Assembly: GCA_963837035.1 (NCBI GenBank)
Contig: CAWIMH010000035.1
Coordinates: forward strand, 341,770-405,769
Length of the DNA stretch: 64,000 nt
Direction of reading: 5' to 3'
Source: an uncultured Pseudomonadota bacterium
GTDB lineage: Bacteria; Desulfobacterota; Binatia; Binatales; Binataceae
The position numbers and the translations under genes are program-made. The notes under the pieces were generated by a model. It was given only the letters and a program-made list of their open reading frames with translations, made no database searches and was not told the DNA's origin. This document shows, one piece after another, positions 41,307-51,229 of the stretch; position 1 is the first letter of the stretch, and the number at the start of each line of letters is the position of its first letter.

Positions 41307-41546
41307 ATGGCCTGGTCCTTCTCCGAAACCGACAACGACTTGCCCTTTGCCCAGTGCCCTGACTGTGGGCGCCGCTTTCCCTGTTCCGTGGCTAACTGCA
41401 GATATGACGACGCGACAACTTGCGTGATCGAAACCCTCGAGAACGGCAACCGCCGCGTGCTTTTGCCGTCCCAAATCACCCAACACCGACGCGACGAACT
41501 GAGCGCTCAAGCAGCCGCGGCACGGCGCCGGCGAGGGCCGGCATGA
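41307..41546 (+). CDS. small Cys4 zinc-ribbon-like protein
   Basis: MAWSFSETDNDLPFAQCPDCGRRFPCSVANCRYDD... contains CPDC and CSVANC. Confidence 0.3.
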   Translation: MAWSFSETDNDLPFAQCPDCGRRFPCSVANCRYDDATTCVIETLENGNRRVLLPSQITQHRRDELSAQAAAARRRRGPA

Positions 41547-41791
41547 AGCTGTCCTGCGACATATACGAATACGAACACGGCGCCGGCGCCCCCGTCGGCC
41601 TGCTCGCGTGCGAAACGTGCGGGCGCCTGCAAAACAATGATTGTTTTTTGGTCGAATGTCGTCGCAGGTGGGTCCGGGTCCGCTCAGCGCGGCATTGGCG
41701 CACGATCATCAAGCTGGCCGACCTCGGGCTCGCTCGACGCGAGAAAAGCGCTACGCCGCCTTCGACCGCGACTTCGACGCGATCCGGCTGA
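41543..41791 (+). CDS. hypothetical small Cys-containing protein
   Basis: MKLSCDIYEYEHGAGAPVGLLACETCGRLQNNDC... The start overlaps the previous stop. Confidence 0.25.
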   Translation: MKLSCDIYEYEHGAGAPVGLLACETCGRLQNNDCFLVECRRRWVRVRSARHWRTIIKLADLGLARREKSATPPSTATSTRSG

Positions 41792-42193
41792 GGACCTTGT
41801 CGGGCCGCTGCTCCGTCCGCGCCAGGCGCAGCCCACGCCGTACGACCGGGAACTGCTCCATCACCCGACCGAGGTCGATCAAGTGCGAGACCAACTCGTC
41901 GCTGGGTGTCGTAATTCGCCGCACCCCAGGGCCGCTTGCCCAAGGTCCGTAAGATCGGGTTGACGATTCAGCAGCTCTTCTTTTTCAGCACCTTCTCACT
42001 GTCCATTTCGTTCCTCCCTGTTGATAACTTTCCCCGGCAATTCGGGGCGTGCCATAACGCGAACCACCCGATGGCGTCAAACACATCTCACGCGTTCTCA
42101 CGCATACACAGTGACAGCCATAGCACCATGGCTATAGACTATCAACACGAACAGCCATGGTGGCACGCCTCGCGTGGGTATAATGGTCAGGCA

Positions 42194-42370
42194 ATGGATA
42201 CGAGAGAGGCGGGCCGGAAGGGCGCCCGTAAGCGTTGGGCCAAGGCCACCCAGGCCGAGAAGTCAGCGAGCGCGGCCCGCGCCGGCCGCGCCTACTGGGC
42301 CCGGCTCAGCCCCGAGCAGCGCAGCGCCGAGATGAAGCGCAGGGCACGGAAGCGAAAAAAGAAGAGGTGA
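42194..42370 (+). CDS. small highly basic protein (KGG/stress-induced-like), unknown function
   Basis: MDTREAGRKGARKRWAKATQAEKSASAARAGRAYWARLSPEQRSAEMKRRARKRKKKR. The start is the internal Met of ORF 41936-42370. Confidence 0.3.
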   Translation: MDTREAGRKGARKRWAKATQAEKSASAARAGRAYWARLSPEQRSAEMKRRARKRKKKR

Positions 42371-43524
42371 GAACCATCATGGATACACAGTTCGATTTCG
42401 CGACGTTTACCGGATCGCTTAAGGACATCTATCACCTGCCGATATCATCCTCGCGATTCGCCGCAAAAAGGCTGAGGCGCTGAGTATTGCCGATGGTCGT
42501 TCAAACCATCGTGGACGAAGAGACAAAGCGGCAGTGCTTAAAGCGCAGATTTCAAATCTTCAATTCTGGATCGAAACGCATACCCGCCCTTCAAGTATGA
42601 GCGACGCCGACACCCGCCTTTGCGTGCCAATAATCGAAAAGTTCTATCCGGAAACATCGCTCGCAGATTGACGGACGCTCAGTCGGCGTGTAGCCTAACG
42701 ATCACGCGGTTCCCGACGAAACAATACAAAACCACACCTTACGCAACAACGTCAGCGGACAATCTGCAAGGTGTTTCTTTGGCGGATTCGGCGGCTATGC
42801 CAAAATCGCCAAAATCAGCGTACCGCGCACCCAAGGCCCCTCCAACCAGAGGGGCCTTTTTTTGGTCAGCGGGCGATGGTCGCCGAGTCGGTAAGGGAAC
42901 GACGGTCCCGGCTGCGGATGCGGGAACAGCGCGCCGAGGCGGCGAACTCGCGATGGCACAAGCCGAAATGCGAACAGGACAACGTGTCCCGCCCGCATAA
43001 GACCGAAACTAGCCGGGCCGAGGTGGCCCGCGAAACCGACCTGCCCGAGCGCAAGCTGCGCTACGCGGCCCGAAGTCAGGATCGTCGGCCCCCGGCTCAG
43101 GGATATCCGACCAGCTTCTGAGCCACAACTGGGGTGAGCACACCGTGTGCGTTACTGGCCGCCTTCAAGAGCTTCCGCACAAGCTGATCGCTGTCATACG
43201 CGACCAGGGCCTCGACGTTCTGGTTCAGCACATTCTTGTCGATCGGGCTCAGACGCTTGTAGTCGCCCCCTTCGCGAGCAGCGTGACGATTGTCAGCACT
43301 ATGTCTTCAAGGGCTTGGTCCATCGTTCGCGCCTCACTTCTTTGGTGATTGTGGTGACTCTGGTGACCCTGTTTCACCCACGGCCCAAATATACGCAAAA
43401 ACACACCCCGAAAATCGCCTACCGCACAAAACCTGTACAATTCACCCGATCCGGCCGCTTTCGCCCACTCACCCGTCCTTACCCCGTAACGCTGTAACCT
43501 ATTGATTCTATTGGCTTATATGTA

Positions 43525-43611
43525 TGGTGCCGAGGGGCGGGACTTGAACCCGCATGTGGTTTCCCACGGTGGATTTTGAGTCCACTGCGTCTGCCGTTTC
43601 GCCACCTCGGC
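43525..43611 (-). tRNA. tRNA-Leu (anticodon CAA), class II with a long variable arm; CCA encoded
   Basis: On the minus strand the gene reads gccgaggtggcgaaacggcagacgcagtggaCTCAAAAtccaccgtgggaaaccacatgcgggttcaagtcccgcccctcggcacca. The anticodon loop is ctCAAaa and the T-loop is TTCAAGT. The G-run at 43533-43536 has one more G than canonical T-stem/acceptor geometry allows. Confidence 0.8.
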
Positions 43612-43708
43612 ATGCTCTAGAGTCAAGAAGATACCGTACTTCTACGCAGGGATGAAGCCGATCGGGCGCAGTTGAGTTCGTTGTCCAGCAGGGAGGGGGC
43701 TCGCGCTT

Positions 43709-44652
43709 TTGACCAGAGCGAGTAGTCTGGCGATTATTCTGACCGTTGCCGGTGCGATGGGTTTTGCAGGCGCTCTGATCGCAAAGCACTGGCTTCCACA
43801 CCGGGACCACGGGCCGTCTACTATATCGGCTTCGCCGCGCAGCTCAGCCGCGCCGCCATCGTCGATCGCCACTTCCTCTGCTGCCCCTTTCGAAGTCGGC
43901 GTCAATTATAGACTGGTCGTTGCGGCCAACAGGGCACGCGAATTCCTAGTCTATGTTCCTTCAAGTCTCAATCGCCACGTAACGGCTCCACTGGTTATCA
44001 TGCTCCATGGGCAGGGAATGTCGAACGGTGAGGTGATCGGCCGACCCGCTGGGACCGGCTGGCCGATGTCAACGGATTCATCGCCGCCTTCCCGCAAGGC
44101 TACAAGGGGAACTGGGATGACGGACATTTCTCGCGCAGCGAAGTGGACGTCGAATTCATCGGCGCCATGATCGACGCCATCTCCAAAGCGGCCCAGATCG
44201 ACCCTCGAAGAATTTTTGTAACCGGTTATTCGATGGGCGCGTCGATGGCCTACCGTCTCGGAGCCGAACTTTCGGACAGAATTGCCGCCATCGCACCCGA
44301 TTCCGGGCAGCTATGGCTGCCCCCTCAGCATCTCAAGAAGCCGGTTTCGCTGATGTACATGATCGGGACTGCTGACTACGTAAACCCAATTGGGGGAGGC
44401 AATGGACGCCCCCCGGCAGAGAAAACCTTGAGTTTGTGGCGTACGATGCTGCGATGCCCCGGCGCTAGCCGTGCGGTGGAGGCATTTGCGGGACCCGGAG
44501 TTAAGGCAATAGCCTGGGCCCCGTGCGACGGAGACACCGCCGTTGCCCTGTACCAGATCGACAGGCTAGGTCACTATTGGGCCGATGCCATCGGATGGTT
44601 TCGACGCCACCGCGGCGATCTGGTGGTTCTTTTCGCATCATCCAAAAGCTGA
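43709..44652 (+). pseudogene. secreted PHB-depolymerase-type esterase (LpqC-like alpha/beta hydrolase), one frameshift
   Basis: It has an N-terminal TM/signal segment, LVIMLHGQG and GYSMGASMA (GxSxG). The frame changes near 44040, between GEVIGR and the DVNGFIAAFPQGYKGNWDDGHF segment. Confidence 0.55.
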
Positions 44653-45680
44653 ATAGCCATCGACGGGAACAACGACCTCGGCCGACTTTAGCAACGCGCG
44701 CGATTTGATCAGGGGTTGTGGGCTGGCAGCACAAACTCAGGAAGCGGCGCTGCAGTCGGCTACAGCGCCAAAGCTATCGGCATGTGCGGCACGCTTAATC
44801 TTTCAATTGCTAATAGATGATTAAAATTGAATATTAAATGATAGAATTGCTAAATCAACTCTTCGTCTATTATACCCTCTTTAGTTATAAGTTGCCAATT
44901 CCTCCAAACTCTTAACAGCGCGCGTCATCCTTCTGTCGAATCAGGTCTGGCTCAAGACTGATTGATGGAGATATCAGTTTCTCCCGCGCGCTCTTTGCGA
45001 ACTAATTCCACCTGTTAACACTTCTCATCAATAATTTACGTTGAATATACTTTTGTACTAGTATTAAACATTGCATAGTGTCAAATTTCTCTTTCGAGCT
45101 GCTGTAAGGACCATTGCAAAGGGGGCGCTATGGAATTTCTTACCCGCAGGTTCGTGACGGCACGCGAATGGCAAAAAGGTCAGGCCACGTTGGCCAAGTG
45201 CGCAATGATACTGGCTGCGGTCGCAATCGCCGTCGAGGTGTTCGTGACCTACGAGGTGCTGTCTTCCCCGCTGCCCCATTTATGATGCATCAGGGCCAAC
45301 GCACTGCGTGGCTACCGGCGCCTGGCAGCATTGAGCGGATAGCTTCCGAGCAGATCGAGCATCTCGCGCGCAGCGCATGCCTCGGCCTTGAACTCCGCCA
45401 CTGTTCGCGCAGTTATCGTCGGCTTCGCAGATTCACATTTACATTCTGCTAAGCAAATCGTTCGCGCATACGGTCCGCCGCCCTTAAAGCCAGCCGCATC
45501 CCATCTGCTCACCACCCGTGCACGTGCCCACGTGCTACCTGACTCCTCTATCTCCCAACCCTACTCTTGTACTGATATATCCTGTTTTCTCAAAGCTTTA
45601 GCAGCTTTTAATAAGGTTTTGCGCTAAATCCATCTTAATAATAGTCTTTGGTGGTCTAAACCACTCAAGGGGAGATATAG

Positions 45681-46196
45681 ATGAAACTAAGGATGGGTCG
45701 CGCTGTCAGTTTGCTTTCGGTGAGCCTCTCTGGGGCTCTTCTTTTGTCGGTGGCCAGCACTCCGAAAGCTTTCGCTCAATCCCAAGAGGTCTACGCGTGC
45801 ATAGGACGTTATGGGCATGTGACGATGGTGTCCAAGCCCAAATGCCCTTCAAAGAAGGCGGTCCTCTACAGCTTCGCCGGTGTCGGCGGGCCCGGCCAGG
45901 TCGGACCGATGGGTCCCGCGGGGCCTCAAGGTCCAGCTGGACCAGGGTTCTTGATAGCGAACGCTGGAATTGCGTCGAAACGGGCGAAACCGCGGAGGGA
46001 CTTTCCGCGGTGTTTGCGTGGCCTCTTAGAGGGAATAAGAGAGGCCAAGAATGAGCCTTCACCACGCAGGTTCTATTTAGACGGCACCGGCGAACGCTCA
46101 GCGTTCGTCGCGACCGCTGCCCGTTCTCATTATCCGCGCGACTCCAGAGGAGTGCAGCCGGCCAGACGTTGGCTCTCTCGCACGAGATGCGGCTGA
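45681..46196 (+). CDS. secreted protein with a short collagen-like Gly-Pro-X tract, probably truncated or degraded after residue 100
   Basis: It has a signal peptide and GGPGQVGPMGPAGPQGPAGPG. The downstream sequence looks non-coding and overlaps an AraC fragment on the opposite strand. Confidence 0.3.
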   Translation: MKLRMGRAVSLLSVSLSGALLLSVASTPKAFAQSQEVYACIGRYGHVTMVSKPKCPSKKAVLYSFAGVGGPGQVGPMGPAGPQGPAGPGFLIANAGIASKRAKPRRDFPRCLRGLLEGIREAKNEPSPRRFYLDGTGERSAFVATAARSHYPRDSRGVQPARRWLSRTRCG

Positions 46197-46351
46197 TCCG
46201 AAAACCCCGCTTCTGCCGCAAGGATTGCAGTAGACGCTGGCGATAAGCGTACCAGGCGGAGGAAGCGCTGACAGCGTAGGATGCGATCCAGCGTTTTCGG
46301 ACCGTACCCGAAGCTCTCATCGAAACGCCGCCGGAGAGTTCTCTCGCTCAT
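46130..46351 (-). pseudogene. AraC/XylS-family HTH domain fragment (5'-truncated)
   Basis: SERTLRRRFDESFGYGPKTLDRILRCQRFLRLVRLSPASTAILAAEAGFSDQPHLVRESQRLAGCTP is the second HTH of the AraC C-terminal domain. An in-frame stop lies 20 codons upstream, and no ligand-binding domain is present. Confidence 0.55.
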
Positions 46352-46465
46352 GGCGAGAGCGCACCCAAGCCATGGAACAAGAGCAATTCCGATTAACGGC
46401 TAAGATTGAATAGTTTGAAAACCTGATTTACCTGAGACGCCCGAGCCATCCGAGACATTCGGCGA

Positions 46466-47610
46466 TCATTTCAGGCCGGCCTTGCGCAGGTCCTTATCAA
46501 TCCGCTCGTTAAACGCTGGGTCCTTGTAATATCCCTTCTCTGGTGGTCGTAAGGCAAACTGCGGATTGATTCGCATGGCCTCGGCGGCTTCAGCTCGGGC
46601 CTCCCGGTCGTGCCCCGACTCCTCGTCGGCAAAAGCCAGGTTTGTGTGGCCGAATAAATTGTTCGGGTATTCTGCTATATATCGCTTTAGAGCAGACGCC
46701 GCGTCCTGATAGCGTCCCATTCCTTCGTAGGTGATTCCAAGCCACAGTGCATAGAAGCTCGGGTGGGCCGGGTCGAGGCGCGCGGCCTCTTGGACAGCGC
46801 GAAGCGCCTCTTCATGCCTTCCAGAGAGGTTCAGCGCTTCCGACAGAACCACATAGCCTTCAGCGTAACTGGGGTTGATCGCAACTGCGCGCTGCGCGTC
46901 GGCTACCGCCTGGTCAAATCGTCGCTGCGCCCAATCATTGTGCGCAAGGAGAGCATGGGCATCGCTGTTGGAGTCATCCAGGGCAAGCGCCTTCTGCGCC
47001 AGTTGGTAGGAGCGTTCAAAGTCCGCCTGAGGATTGTCACTCCATTGGTTTAGCGCCGCATTGCTATAGGTCCACGCTACCAAGGCGTAAGCCTGGGCAA
47101 ATTTCGGATCCAGTTCGATGGCTTTCTCGGCCCATTGCCGCGCTTCCGCGTTATCCTCCTTCGTTATGCCCTGGCGCCACAGGGCCTCAACGGCTCGGAG
47201 GATATCGTCATAGGCCTCGACGTTGTCGGTTGGGCGCGAAGCCGTCCAATGGGGCATATTCAAATCGTGCAGTCTGAAAATCTCACCGAGCGTCGCGACT
47301 ACGCCATGGACGATTTCGTCTTGCAGAGCAAAGATGTCGGTAAGCGGACGGTCGTAGCTGTGCGTCCACATTTCCCTTCCGGTACCTGCATCGACCAACT
47401 CAATGTAGATGCGGACCCGGTCGGCGGACTTTTGCACACTACCCTCCAACACATACCTAATGCCTAGTTCCTTAGCGACTTCCTGCTCCTTAATAGCCTT
47501 GCCCTTGTAGGCAAAGCTGGAGTTGCGAGCGATAACAAAGAGACCGGGAAGCCGGGAGAGGTCGCTGATAAGCTGGTCCGCAATGCCGTCAGCGAAATAC
47601 TCCTGCTGTT
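46466..47610 (-). pseudogene. adenylate/guanylate cyclase-TPR protein, C-terminal part (disrupted by IS21 insertion)
   Basis: Reading upstream of the annotated Met gives ...QQEYFADGIADQLISDLSRLPGLFVIARNSSFAYKGKAIKEQEVAKELGIRYVLEGSVQK, followed by TPR repeats. This is the conserved region downstream of the TM segment in class III cyclase-TPR proteins. Confidence 0.65.
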
Positions 47611-47767
47611 TGCAACGCTTTAAAACTGAGCCACTTTACCGGCGTAAAAGTGAGCCACCCTGGGTTGGTTCTTTCCTCAGTCCCTTTTTGAGATTTTAAC
47701 CGTCTGGTCCTTTCCTCCGTGCGCGTTAGGTGTGGCGCGCCAGCGCGTACCTTGCGCGCAAGCGATA

Positions 47768-48565
47768 CTAATGCGCTTCACTATCGTCGGCATGTGTATC
47801 CTTCTTGGCGCCGCCGGCGGCTCTGATTGCTCGCTGGCTGCGAAAGGAATCGCCGCGAGTTGTCAGGATATGGGCGTGATGGCTGAGGCGATCGAGCAAC
47901 GCCGTTGTGAGCTTTTCATCGCCGAACACCTTGACCCACTCCGAGAACGCCAGATTGGTGGTGATGATGGTCGAGCGGCGTTCGTAGCGCTGGGCAAGCA
48001 GATTGAAGAGCAGCTCGCCGCCGGTGCGCTCGAAAGGCACGAACCCCAGTTCATCCACGATTAACAGCGCGACTTTCTGATACCGCTGTTGCAAGGCGGT
48101 CAGCCGCCGCTCGTCGCGCGCCTCAACCAGACTCTGCACCAGATCCGCTGCGCGGGCGAAGTGAACTCGCAGCCGCCGGCGCGTGGCTTCCACTCCGAGC
48201 GCGATCGCGAGATGAGTCTTGCCGGTGCCGATCGGACCGGCCAGGATTGCGTCCTCGGCGCGTCCGATGAACTCGCCGCTCGCCAGCTCCATGAGCTTTG
48301 GCCGTGACACGCCCTTGAGCACCGCCCAGTCGAGCTGGTCGAAGGTCTTGATATCGGGAAAGCGCGCTTCGCGCAGCAGGCGGCGCGCGGTGCTTTGATG
48401 CCGATTGGTGATCTCGGCTTCTAGCAGCTCGCGCAGCAGGTCTTCGTAAGCCCAGCCACCGTCGCGGGCGCGCCGGCAGAGCCCCGGATAATCCCGCACC
48501 ACCGCCGCGAGCTTGAGTTCGTGGCAGTACTCCTGGATGACCGCCTCGCAGGCCGCGTTACTCAT
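47768..48565 (-). CDS. istB: IS21-family helper ATPase IstB
   Basis: Walker A GPIGTGKTHLA, Walker B LLIVDELG, and the IstB C-terminal motifs are present. The start at MSNAAC overlaps the istA end. Confidence 0.8.
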   Translation of the reverse strand: MSNAACEAVIQEYCHELKLAAVVRDYPGLCRRARDGGWAYEDLLRELLEAEITNRHQSTARRLLREARFPDIKTFDQLDWAVLKGVSRPKLMELASGEFIGRAEDAILAGPIGTGKTHLAIALGVEATRRRLRVHFARAADLVQSLVEARDERRLTALQQRYQKVALLIVDELGFVPFERTGGELLFNLLAQRYERRSTIITTNLAFSEWVKVFGDEKLTTALLDRLSHHAHILTTRGDSFRSQRAIRAAGGAKKDTHADDSEAH

Positions 48566-50038
48566 GGACGGCTCCTTCGGCGAGCAGCAGATGATCGTAA
48601 TCAGACGCGCGTCCGGCTTCGACCACGTAGGCGGCGAGCGCATCGGGAACCGCGACGTTCTCGAGCTTCGGTCCGGGAACGGGGAGATCGAGCACGTCGA
48701 TACGGTGCTGGTTGATCGCCGCTTCCAGCGCCAGGCGCACCCGATCTTCGCCGTGTTCGCAGACCACGCCGAGCAGCCGCGCCACCACTCGCGCTGCTTC
48801 CAATTCGCCGTGCGTGCCGCACAACAGTCTCCACAGTCCGCTCCACGGTGCGCCCAACTCCGCGATCAACTCCGGCGCCACTTGGCGCACCGCGTGCGGC
48901 TTGCGCGCCAGCTCGGGAAGATAATGACGATAGCGGACCTGGCGCGTTCCAAACCGCGCTCGCGGATGCGTCACGCTCTCGCCCATGCAGGTGATGCGGA
49001 CGTCGTCCACGCCGAGGTACGCGGTCGCATCAAGCCGCGCCCAGCGCGACGGCACCGAGTACCAGGCCCGTTCGATCCTGACCATCGCGCGCGAGCTGAT
49101 CTCGACCGGGATTGGCTTGCGCACCTCGAAGCTCGTAGCGGGTGCCGGCAGCAGTTGCACACGTTCCTCCGCCCACAGCTCACTGGCGGACCTTCCAGCA
49201 CGGTGCCGCGCGGGGAACGCGGCGTCGAGTTCGGCGAGCAGCTGGCGCGAGATTGCTTCCAGGCTGTCGCCGCGCGGAATCGGAGTGAGATGCTCAGCCG
49301 GATCGCCTTACCGCGGCTTTCCACTCCGCCCTTGTCGTGCCCTTCGCCGATGCGGGCGAAGTCCGGCTCGAACAGATAGTGGCTGACCAGCGCCAGGAAC
49401 CGGCCCGTGAGTTCGCGCCGCGCACCGACAATCTTGCGCACTGCGGCCGCGAGATTATCGTATACGCAGCGCCGCGCGACTCCGCCCAGGTGGGCAAACG
49501 CCCGCACGTGGCCGTCGAGAAAGGCGAGCTGATCGCAGCGATCGTAGAGCCAGGCGAACTCGCGGCCCGAGTACATCAGCCGCAACAGGAACTCCCAGGC
49601 TTTGCGCCGTTCGCCGCCGACTTCCACCACCACCTCGAAGAAATCGATCTGCGCTTCGCCCGGGCGATTAACCAGTGGCACGTAGACCTCGGCTCGTTGC
49701 CGCCGCCGCTCGCGCCAATAGTCACCCACCAATGTCCTGCCGACCTGATAGCCTTCCGCCTTGAGCTGACGATAAAGCCGCATCGCGGTAATCCGTTGCT
49801 TGCCGGTGGTCCGCGGCTCCCACTCCGCCACCAGCTCCTCCAGCCGCGGCTGCACCGCCTCCCATACCGGCCGCTCCCGCTGTCGCCGCGAACTTCTGAC
49901 CGGCTCGGGCTGATCGAGGTACTTGGCTACCGTGTTGCGGCTTAAGCCGAGTTCACGCGCCACGCGCCGGATGCTCCGTCCCTCGTTCAGCACCTTGTGT
50001 CGCAGTACATGCACTTGATCCATCTTCAGCATCCCCAT
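48558..50038 (-). pseudogene. istA: IS21-family transposase IstA, one frameshift (homopolymer cc to c near 49300)
   Basis: The N-terminal HTH and DDE region are in ORF 48971-50038 (HDKGGVES...). The C-terminal region is in ORF 48558-49160. Inserting one C restores ...RLSHLTPIPRGDSLEAISRQLLAELD.... Confidence 0.7.
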
Positions 50039-50123
50039 CCTCCGGCTTCCAGCCGGAGTCTACGGCTCGGGGTGGCTCACTTTTACAGCGGTAAATGGAT
50101 CAGTTCTTTAGCGGCATATCCAC

Positions 50124-50877
50124 CTGTTGTGGGTCGCTGCTCAGGTTGGCAAAGGGCAACACGGCGATGGAAGGCTTATCGGGCAATGGCAGGGTTGTCC
50201 TGCGGCTGAATGGACGCATGAGTATGCGGTGGCTTGAGCGAGAGATTTTGAACTAACAGGATTGTCCCAATGATGATCGCGATTCCGGTCAACGACAGAA
50301 CGCCACCACGCCAATACCGGCGTGGAATTTCGAGCGTCTCTCGGCGCGCGGGCGTAATCCCTACTGGCGACACCCGAAACACACGCACCGCTTCGGCAAT
50401 ATTCTTAACGTGTTGCTCGCCGAGATCTTCGAAGTTGAGTTGCAGTTTATTCCTTATGTTTTCATGAACAGTCCGGGAGATGCAGATACCGCCTGGCTCC
50501 GCTAAGCTCTCCAGCCTCGCGGCGACGTTTACGCCCTCCCCATAAATCTGCTCGTCCTCGAACATCACGTCGCCGAGGTTGACGCCGATGCGGAAATGCA
50601 TGCAGCGATGCGGCGGAAGTTTCGCATTCTCAACCTTTAGCGCGGTCTGAACCTCGACGGCACAATTCACCGCCTCGACCACGCTGGCGAACTCAGCGAG
50701 GACGCTGTCGCCAGCAGAGTTTACGAAACGCCCATGGTGCTGTTCGATACTCGAATCGATCAACTTGCGATAGGACCTAAGCGTGCGCAGAGTTGCCTCT
50801 TCGTCGTCCCCCATGAGGCGGCTATAGCCGAACACGTCGGCGCAGAGTATGGCGGCGAGCTTGCGTTCCACACCCAC
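50124..50877 (-). pseudogene. adenylate/guanylate cyclase-TPR protein, N-terminal class III cyclase domain plus TM helix (upstream part of the IS21-disrupted gene)
   Basis: The cyclase catalytic domain shows ILCADVFGYSRLMGDDEEATLRTLR...FRIGVNLGDV...GEGVNVAARLE, followed by a TM helix. Beyond the stop, a frame shifted by one reads DKPSIAVLPFANLSSDPQQ. This is the conserved motif that continues as QEYFADG on the other side of the IS. Confidence 0.65.
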
Positions 50878-51229
50878 CTCGACTGAGAGAATCCTCCTGC
50901 CCAGGGTAGACTGCTGTCAATCCAGTCCCAGCCAGCGGCAACAGAGGTACAATAGGGATGCAGAAGGGTTGCACCTTGACGTCAAGTGCTGACGGTGCTA
51001 CATACAGGCGAATTCTGCATGCCTCACTGACCGAAGAGTGGTGGGAAGCTCTTTGGTGCCATCATTGGCTGTGACGGCCCGCTTTTAGCGCAAAACGCGT
51101 CTCAGAGGGGGAATGCGATGTTCGGGGGTCGGCGGTCGGCTAGTCAGCCGATGCTGACGACCATATTTTTCGCTGGAGTGAAATTGCTGCTAGCCCGCGC
51201 GACCTACTCGCGGGAAAAGGGAGTTAGCA

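Larger units (their letters stand above)
47611..50123 (-). mobile_element. IS21-family insertion sequence (about 2.5 kb) with about 40-bp imperfect terminal inverted repeats and a probable 5-bp target duplication (CTGTT)
   Basis: The left end is TGCAACGCTTTAAAACTGAGCCACTTTACCGGCGTAAAAGTGAGCCACCC. The reverse complement of the right end is GTGGATATGCCGCTAAAGAACTGATCCATTTACCGCTGTAAAAGTGAGCCACCCC. It contains the istA-istB gene pair. CTGTT flanks both ends. Confidence 0.75.
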
